Positions 56,580 through 64,000 of a stretch of DNA of 64,000 bases are shown here, in pieces. The DNA comes from Macrostomum lignano (taxonomy: Eukaryota). Position 1 is the first letter of the stretch. Every line of letters starts with the position of its first letter. The stretch is taken from assembly GCA_002269645.1 (NCBI GenBank), contig NIVC01001051.1, positions 62,001-126,000 on the forward strand. The letters are read 5' to 3'. The notes under the pieces are model-generated. The model saw only the letters and a program-made list of their open reading frames with translations. It did not search any database and was not told the DNA's origin. The position numbers and the translations under genes are program-made.

Positions 56580-57310
56580 ATATTGGAAGGGATGGGAAGG
56601 GTGAGAGAGGAAGAAAGGAACAAATGAGGGGATAGGAAGAGAAAATAAAAGAAGAGAAGAGGAAAGAGATGAGAGGAGGGTAAAGGGTAGAGGAGGCAGA
56701 TGGGAGAGTGAGGGTAGAGGGGAGATGGAGGGTAGAGGGGAGATGGAGGGTAGAGGGGAGAGGGAGGATAGAAGGGAGATGGAGGGTAGAGGGGAGATGG
56801 AGGGTAGAGGGGAGAGGGAGGATAGAAGGGAGATGGAGGGTAAAAGGCAGACGGAGGGTAGAGGGGGAGAGGGAAGGTAGAGTGCCGACGGAGGTAGAGG
56901 GGGAGAGGGAGGGTAGAGGGCAGAGAGAGGGTAGTGGGGGAGAGGGAGGGTAGAGGGGAAGAGGGGGGGGGTAGAGAGGGAGAGGGAGGGTAGAGGGCAG
57001 AGGGAGGTTAGTGGAGGAGAGGGAGGGTAGAGGGGAAGAGGGAGGGTAGAGGGCGAGAGGGAGGGTAGAGGGCAGAGGGAGGGTAGTGGAGGAGAGGGAG
57101 GGTAGAGGGGAAGAGGGAGGGTAGAGGGCGAGAGGGAGGGTAGAGGGCAGAGGGAGGGTAGAGGGGAAGAGGGAGGGTAGAGGGCGAGAGGGAGGGTAGA
57201 GGGCAGAGGGAGGGTAGTGGAGGAGAGGGAGGGTAGAGGGGAAGAGGGAGGGTAGAGGGCGAGAGGGAGGGTAGAGGGCAGAGGGAGGGTAGAGGGGAGA
57301 GGGAGACACA
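56580..57310. repeat. Purine-rich GAGGGAGGGTAGAGGG repeats
   Basis: Seen directly. Confidence 0.88.
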
Positions 57311-58159
57311 GGGGACACTGTGACAACAGAGACACAAATTGAGTCTCAATCAGAAGCCCTGATGAAAAGCTCTTCATACAATGTGACGCAATTCAATGAA
57401 CTACTCGAACTTGTAAAAAATTCAATCTCCGAATTGAAATTGAAATCTCGGCGCAGAGTGGCGTCCTGCAGCCAACTTCAGACTGAAAATCTCTTTAATT
57501 AAAGCGTCCATCTCGAGTGATCAGAACTTCTACAAGCGTAGATCTGCATAATATGATAATATTGGAAAGCCAAAGGAGTAGGCGGAGCATCCCGGATCCA
57601 GACACAATTAGAAGGCAAACATATTGGCGAAAACCGCGATAGGGCACGAGTGAAAGCACTTCAGGTGTGTGGGGGCGCTTAGCCCAGCTGCCGATTGCAA
57701 AAACCAAAACCAAAGCTGGTGTGACGCAAACCCTGTGTGAGGATGTGCCCAGGGTGATGTGATGTTGATTCACACCTTCAGTCAGTCTTGCTTCAGTTGC
57801 TCGTATTCTATGCTGAATGGAGGACCATCGCACATGAAATAGTTTATTTACAAAAAATTAGACTTCTTGTTAGCCAACTTTAACAAAACTAATTCGGCCT
57901 TTTTTCAATGCACACAGGGCTTGCGAGTTGCTTTTCGCGATTATCTGCCTTTATGATGTAGCCAGACTATTTTCCTGCTCGATGCTTGTGTTTAATCAGT
58001 GTGTTGACATTTGATATCTGCGATTCGCATTTACACAGCAGCAGTGAATGATGATGACCTGTCAGTTAATGCCCATCGTTCCCTCTCCTTATCTCCATTC
58101 TCTCCCCTCCCTCTCTCCCTCCCCCTCCCCTCTCCTTCTCCCTATCTCACTTTTCACTC

Positions 58160-58236
<77 letters not shown>

Positions 58237-58241
58237 ATACT

Positions 58242-59185
58242 TAGGGATTCCAAAATCCCGACATTTTACAATCCCGGGATTGAATAGTCCCGAAATCCCG
58301 ATGCTGTTGAAATCCCGGGATTCAAAATCCCGGAATCCCGGTGCTTTTGCAATCCCGGGATTAAAAATCCCGGGATTCGATTCCCAAAAAAATCCCGGGA
58401 TTCAAATCCCGGATTTTTGGCCCCAATCCCGGGATCCCGGGATCCCGGGATTGGAATCCCTAAATTGCTAGACGGACTGTGCGGCGTGCCGCGTGCAGTA
58501 GTCATGGTCTCACGACTCTCAGAGTCTCAGGGCCTTTTCATATTACCAATTCCAGAACCAGAATCGGTTCGGAATTCCAAGAAAAAACAGCAGTATAACT
58601 ATTAAACTCTGTTAATATTTGACTGCCTTAACAGCCTCACTTAGCACAATTTTTCACTTTCTTCTTGGCGACTGTCATTCAATAATAAAAACTTTATAGC
58701 ACGTATCTCCCTCTAGTTATGGAGACAAAAAGTTTATACTTCACAAATTGGTTCTTGTTCTGGAACCAGAGCAAGCAATATGAAAAGGCCCTCAGTCTCG
58801 TCTCGTGGTAGAAGACGAAAAAAAACAGTTAAAATTATCTATAATTTACAGTTCACATTAACAATTTTTAGCTCAATTAGGACAGGAGCTTTGCAAATGT
58901 TTAACGTTTCATTGAGAAACAGCAAAAACAAATAAATGTTTTATTATTCAAATAAACGTTTAGACTTTAAATTATCTAATTTAGGCATTGAAAGGTCGTT
59001 CTAATCCCGAACCAATCCCGGGATTAAGGCCTTGAAATCCCGGGATCCCGATCCCGGTCTTTTGCAATCCCGGGATTAAAAATCCCGGGATTCGATTCCC
59101 AAAAAAATCCCGGGATTCAAATCCCGGATTTTTGGCCCCAATCCCGGGATCCCGGGATCCCGGGATCCCGGGATTGGAATCACTA
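58242..59185. mobile_element. Composite non-autonomous hAT-type element (944 bp)
   Basis: Ends TAGGGATTCCAA and TTGGAATCACTA; perfect 8-bp TSD TCCATACT (58234-58241, 59186-59193); empty site visible at 61951-61958; ATCCCGGGAT subterminal arrays; an extra internal right end at 58451-58462. Confidence 0.88.
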
Positions 59186-59248
59186 TCCATACTCCATATC
59201 TCCCTCCTCCCTCCCTCTCCCTCTCCCTATCTCCCTTCTCCCTTCCTC

Positions 59249-61336
59249 GGCGGAGTCTCTGGCGTCCGCGACTTTGGCGAGCGTCTGGCCGTGTCGGCGG
59301 CTCGCGGCTTCAAGCGCGAACTGATGGTGGACGACGGTCCGCCGCTTCCCCGCCGCCCAACGGCCAGCATCGATCCGAGCCGCCTCCGGCCCGAAATTCA
59401 AGCCGCTCTGGCGGAGCTAGACGACGTCAGGGAGAACATCCGGGACTGCAGGAACGCTCCTAACATCAGCCAGGCGGAGGCAAAGGCACTGCGAGATCTG
59501 CGGGCAGACAAGTCCATCGTCATCAAGCCAGCCGACAAGGGCAGCCAGCTGGTCATCCTGGACCGGCAGGACTATGTCCGTGAATGCCTGCGTCAGCTGG
59601 AAGACCCGCTGTTTTACCGACCTCTGAGCGCACCGATCAGCCGCTTCACAGCCCAGATGATCCGCGGCGTCTTCAGATCGCTGCTGGACCGAAGGATCAT
59701 CGATCGGCGCCAGTTCAACGCCTTCTGCCCGAAGGAGGAGTTCCGCACGCGGTGCTTCTACATCCTGCCGAAGATCCACAAGCCCGTCGAGTCGTGGCCG
59801 CTCGGCGACATTCCTCCGGGCCGGCCCATCGTGTCTGATGTGGACATGCGAGTCTTACGCCAGCGGCCGCTTCATCGACAGCTTCCTGCAGCCGATCGTC
59901 ATCCAGCTGCCCAGCTTCATCAGGGACACTGACCACTTCCAGGCCGCCATCCGCGGGATCGCCTGTGAGGAGTCCTTCCTGTTCACCATGGACGTCGCCA
60001 GCCTTTACACCAACATCCCGACCGCGGCCGGACTCGAGTGCGTACGGAGGGCCTTCAGGGATCACCCGGATGCCAGGCGCCCAGACGCGAGCCTCCTCAG
60101 TCTGCTCAAGCTTAACCTGGAGCGCAACGACTTTGAGTTCGACGGCAAATTTTTCCTGCAAGTGAAAGGCACGGCCATGGGGAAGTCGTTTGCACCCAGC
60201 TACAGCAACATCTACATGGGCTACTGGGAGCAGCGGGGCCTGGAGCTCAGCCCGCAGAAGCCCGCCCTGTGGCTGCGCTACATCGACGACATCTTCGGCG
60301 TCTGGCACGGAACGAGAGACGAGCTGGTCCGCTTCCACGAGCTCCTGGATGGCCTCGACCCGAACATCAGGTTGCAGCTGAGCTACAGCAGCACCGAGGT
60401 CAACTTCCTGGACACCACCGTCTTCTGGGACCGCGAGGGGGTCTCCAAGCGTCTGGCGACTAGAGTCTTCTTCAAGCCCACGGACAGCCGAGCTCTTATC
60501 CACCGCGACTCATTTCATCCGAGGTGGACGTTCAAGGGTGTGGTCAAGTCCCAGCTCATCAGATACGCCCGCAGGTGCTCGACTTCGACGCGGCCTGCAC
60601 CGAGCTGCTGTCGAATCTGGTGCAGCACCAGGGCTACAACAGGCGTTTTCTACGCAATATCAAATACGAGGTGCTGGCGGAGCTGGGTATCTACCCGACA
60701 AGGCGGTGGGAGTTCGGCTTCCTGCCGTGCAACCCGGCCCGGCTGTGCAAGTGCTGCCAGGCGCACGCCAGATTCACCTCCGTCTGCCCGGGATCCGCGT
60801 CCACGACCGTCAAGATCACCATCAGCCAGAGGATCGACTGCAACTCGGTCAACGCCGTCTACACGGTGTTCTGCCGCCGCTGCAGCTGCACGGTCTACGT
60901 CGGCGAGACGGTCAACAGCATCCGGGCCCGCATGCTAGCGCACGTCGGCGACATCAGGCACGCACGCGACACTCCGGTGGCCCGCCACTTCAGCAACGAT
61001 GGCCATAGTCTCGAGGACTTTGCCTTCACCGGAGTGTGGACGCGAGACGGCTTTGGACCCAAGGCCAATGAACGACGTCAACGCCAGGAGGCCAAACTCA
61101 TCGCGGTCCTGAAAACTCTGGTCCCACATGGCGCCAACGAGCTGGCCGGGGTGCTGCACAATCCGGCGATCCCACTGATTGTGCCGCACTGCGCTGGGTC
61201 AGACACCCTGGTTGCCAAGGTGAGGGACGGCGTGGCACAGCACTGCGATGCCCCTGTACTGCCGGCCTTCACTAAAGGGAGGAGCCTTCGGGATCTACTC
61301 TGCCACAGCCAGCTCGAACCAGCTTCTGCCAATTGA
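59249..61336 (+). pseudogene. Penelope RT-endonuclease ORF broken by two frameshifts
   Basis: One ORF split over three frames: a +1 base near 59846 (VSDVD/CESY) and a shift near 60580 (RRCS/DFDAAC); stop at 61336. Confidence 0.85.
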
Positions 61337-61753
61337 GATCAGCTGTAGAAAGGCTCTTTTACTGCTATTTTTCCCCTCTGTGATTTTTTCATTGACTTTT
61401 TTTTTATTTATTCAGATTATTTATTTCTGCTTTTTATTCATTTTTCTGACACTGTGTACGGTGCACCTGCATTTTTTGCTCTGAGCATTTAATAATAATT
61501 TTTATTTACCTTACCTATTTATTTTGCCATTTATTTTTACAATTTTTATTCTACACTTAAAGGTCGTCCAGGCCCACTTGTACAGTTTTAGCCACCCCCC
61601 GCTTTTCTCATAGTCTCGGACTCGTTTTAATGTACTGACCATGCGTACTGTTTTAAGTACTTGAGCACATCAATTTATCGATCGTCTCTCCCTGACGATA
61701 TCGCCTTTATATATTGACGGCAATTCGCGCCAAATAAACTTCACTCGCTTACA

Positions 61754-61788
61754 GCCCTGACGAAGAAATTTAATTTCGAAATATCGGC
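61754..61788 (+). ncRNA. Minimal type I hammerhead ribozyme motif in the Penelope 3' region
   Basis: GCC-CTGACGA-A-GAAAT TTA ATTTC-GAAA-TATC-GGC: stem I GCC/GGC, core CUGANGA, stem II GAAAU/AUUUC, GAAA, palindromic stem III AUAU, predicted cleavage after AUC at 61785. Matches the minimal hammerheads known from Penelope-like elements. Confidence 0.75.
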
Positions 61789-61869
61789 AACTTTAATCAA
61801 CTTGACTTGTTTGTCCTTTTTACATGTACTGCGTCCGTGCCTGAGATTGGAGGCGCCCTCCTCTCTCTC

Positions 61870-61953
<84 letters not shown>

Positions 61954-62919
61954 ATACTCCATATCTCCCTCCTCCCTCCCTCTCCCTCTCCCTATCTCCC
62001 TTCTCCCTTCCTCTCCCTCTCCCTCACCCTATCCCCCTTCATTCTCCCCTTTTTCTCCTCTCCCTGTCTCCCTCTCGCCGTCTCCCTCGTCCCATCTCCC
62101 TCTTCTCTCCCCCTATCCTCTATTCTCCTCCATGAATTCATACTCCATCTGGACTGGCCCCTCGCTGCAATGTTCGTCTTGACGCCAACCGTGCTGACGT
62201 CAGAACTGTTGTCAGCTGCCCCTGCGAAGCGACAAACAGCAAACTTATTTATAGATGTCTCTAACTCCTTATCAGTTGGTTGAACGCAGCTTTTCAAACA
62301 CCTATTATAAAATTGTTCTCGAATTTCTTTCTGTTGCTTTCGCTAAAGCAGGTGTCAGCAGCTGAGAGCCCAGCCAAACGTAGGCACCTGAGGATCTCGA
62401 GACAGCTATAAACGTAACAGCGAACAATAGCGTTATCCATTTGTAGAAGCCGCGATCTCCAGCCCCTCAGACTGGCCTGTTGCATCAAGGAGGCAGCTGT
62501 GTTGCCCTCACCGAGATCCCAATTTACGGCAAAGTATTGGCAAAATATTGAGGCGAACAGAACGCGGTCCGAGAGACCTGACTGTGACGCAACCAGCGGT
62601 TGGGCGAACACCTTTTGCGTCATTTCTCCCATGGCGCCGCACGTTGCAGAGTCGAAATAAATGAAAAGAAGTCGTTTGAGCAATAATTTTGCAATAATTC
62701 CAAGCCTCAAGTGGCCCCTCCCTAATCGGCGTAAGAAGAAATTTCGGATCTGGAAAACTGGAAACAAATTTGATGGGATACAGCCAACTATATTTGCCTT
62801 TCGTGAGCAGCTGCCTCTGCTTGGCTTCAAACGGATTTGAATTGCTTCTGAGGGAATCCCCATGTAACTTGCGGGATGGCGACTTTTAGAGATGGGAAAT
62901 GGAATTTTTTTTAATTACG

Positions 62920-63150
62920 CTCGTATGTGATGGGGATTGGGATTTGAGATTTGCATAGTTGAGATGCAAAATGGGATTTGCATAGCTGTGAGATGGGAAT
63001 TGGGATTTGCATAGCTGTGAGATAGGAATTGGGATTTGGGAGTTGCATAGCTGTGAAATGAGAAATGGGATTTGTGATTTGCATATCTGTGAGATGGGAA
63101 ATGGGATTTGGAATTTGCATAGCTGTGAGATGAGAATTGGGATTTGCAGT
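62920..63150. repeat. Degenerate GGGATTTGCATAGCTGTGAGAT repeats
   Basis: Degenerate tandem units. Confidence 0.7.
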
Positions 63151-63825
63151 AGCAGATGAAGCTGGTTTTACCGAGGTGACAGGCAATCTGCAATCACTAA
63201 ATCCCTGTGTACATTGCCTTATCTTACATGTACTCGTACCCTGTTCACTTCATCAGTTCATGGCCTCAGGGAAAAGTTATCAAGCTCTGATTTGGTTTTC
63301 AATTTTATCAAGGACACACAGCACAGTGTAAAGAAACATGAAAACAAATAATACATGCACAATGGTTGCCATGCGGTTTAGTTTTGAATTGATTAAGAGA
63401 AAAATACAACCTGCCCGAATCAGATGGAAGTCAAACAGGTAGCCTTGGCTGATGGATGTGTAAAAACACACAGAGGCCACTGTTGACATTTTAATCTCAT
63501 TCTCCTTGAGGCTAAATGAACCTATGATTACTACATGTATGGCTAAATCAGAGGATTAACACCTTGTTTGCGTTGTCGGCCATTGCAGGTTGCGAGTGAC
63601 CTGTTGTTAATGTCAAAATCGAAATCACGCCCATAGCAACACAGAATCGGTTTAGAAATTTATGGCTGCCCATATACGACGCTTTTTATACATGTAAGCT
63701 ACATCGTAGTTACTAAGCAAAATGAAAAAACTTTATTGAACTGGTTCAACACGATCCAATTTCAGATAGTCAGGTCCCCCGACCACCTTGTGACCTACCC
63801 GTTATGGATATCAAGAGTTTTGCTA

Positions 63826-64000
63826 CAGGGCCGCAAAATGAGTGTCTGCGGCGCTAAAATGAGTGCCCAAGGGCGCCAAAAATGAGTGCCTGCGGCGCTA
63901 AAATGAGTGCCTAGGGCACCAAAAATGAGTGCCCGCGGCGCTAAAATGAGCGCTAAAATGCGTGCCTGCGGCGCCAAAATGAGCGTGGCGCTAAAATGAG
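63826..64000. mobile_element. Possible left end of a hAT-type element (runs off the window)
   Basis: Starts CAGGGCCGC followed by ~20-bp GCGGCGCTAAAATGAGTGCC repeats; the other end is not visible. Confidence 0.3.

Larger units (their letters stand above)
59249..61857 (+). mobile_element. Penelope-like retroelement (GIY-YIG type, probably Neptune-like), 5'-truncated
   Basis: RT motifs IVIKPADKGSQLVILD, YILPKIHK, PGRPIVSD, FTMDVASLYTNIP, FLQVKGTAMGKSFAPSYSNIYMG, WLRYIDDIF, VNFLD, FFKPTD; Cys-rich linker CNPARLCKCC; GIY-YIG AVYTVFCRRCSCTVYVGET with downstream His residues (AHVGDIR, ARHF); T-rich 3' region. Confidence 0.95.

Noticed and set aside
57320-57502. Plus-strand exon-like frame (TETQIESQ...ENLFN), with candidate exons near 55887 and 56512
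   Set aside because: Could not be joined into a consistent gene model, and no homology was recognised.
61690-61730. Second hammerhead core (CTGACGA)
   Set aside because: No stem II or GAAA follows.
62294-62863. 189-aa minus-strand ORF
   Set aside because: No recognisable motif and no phase-consistent splice partner; needs a BLAST search.

Overview
Eukaryotic (metazoan) genomic DNA. GC-rich exons, introns filled with minisatellites and long GATA/GACA tracts suggest a free-living flatworm such as Macrostomum; this is inferred from style and was not checked. Three spliced genes were assembled by hand with consistent exon phases: casein kinase 1 gamma (+, 7609-16817, 8 coding exons), an EVA-1-like double-SUEL-lectin membrane protein (-, 40396-20331, 6 exons) and an ARHGAP19-like RhoGAP (-, 53157-43055, 6 exons). 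Mobile elements include four non-autonomous hAT-type elements with 8-bp TSDs, another TIR element with a 4-bp TSD, a decayed RNase H-bearing LINE, nested tRNA-derived SINEs (one with a CORE domain), and a Penelope-like retroelement (RT + GIY-YIG) with a minimal hammerhead ribozyme motif in its 3' region. About 30 different tandem arrays are present, and most long ORFs in the supplied track are artefacts of them. Most striking: (1) a 295-bp hAT MITE carrying a 64-nt piece of 28S rRNA centred on the R2/I-PpoI target, scrambled exactly at the cleavage site; (2) a C>T/G>A hypermutated domain over the first ~7.5 kb; (3) satellites built from splice signals; (4) a Penelope insertion flanked by a long duplication into which a composite hAT later jumped.
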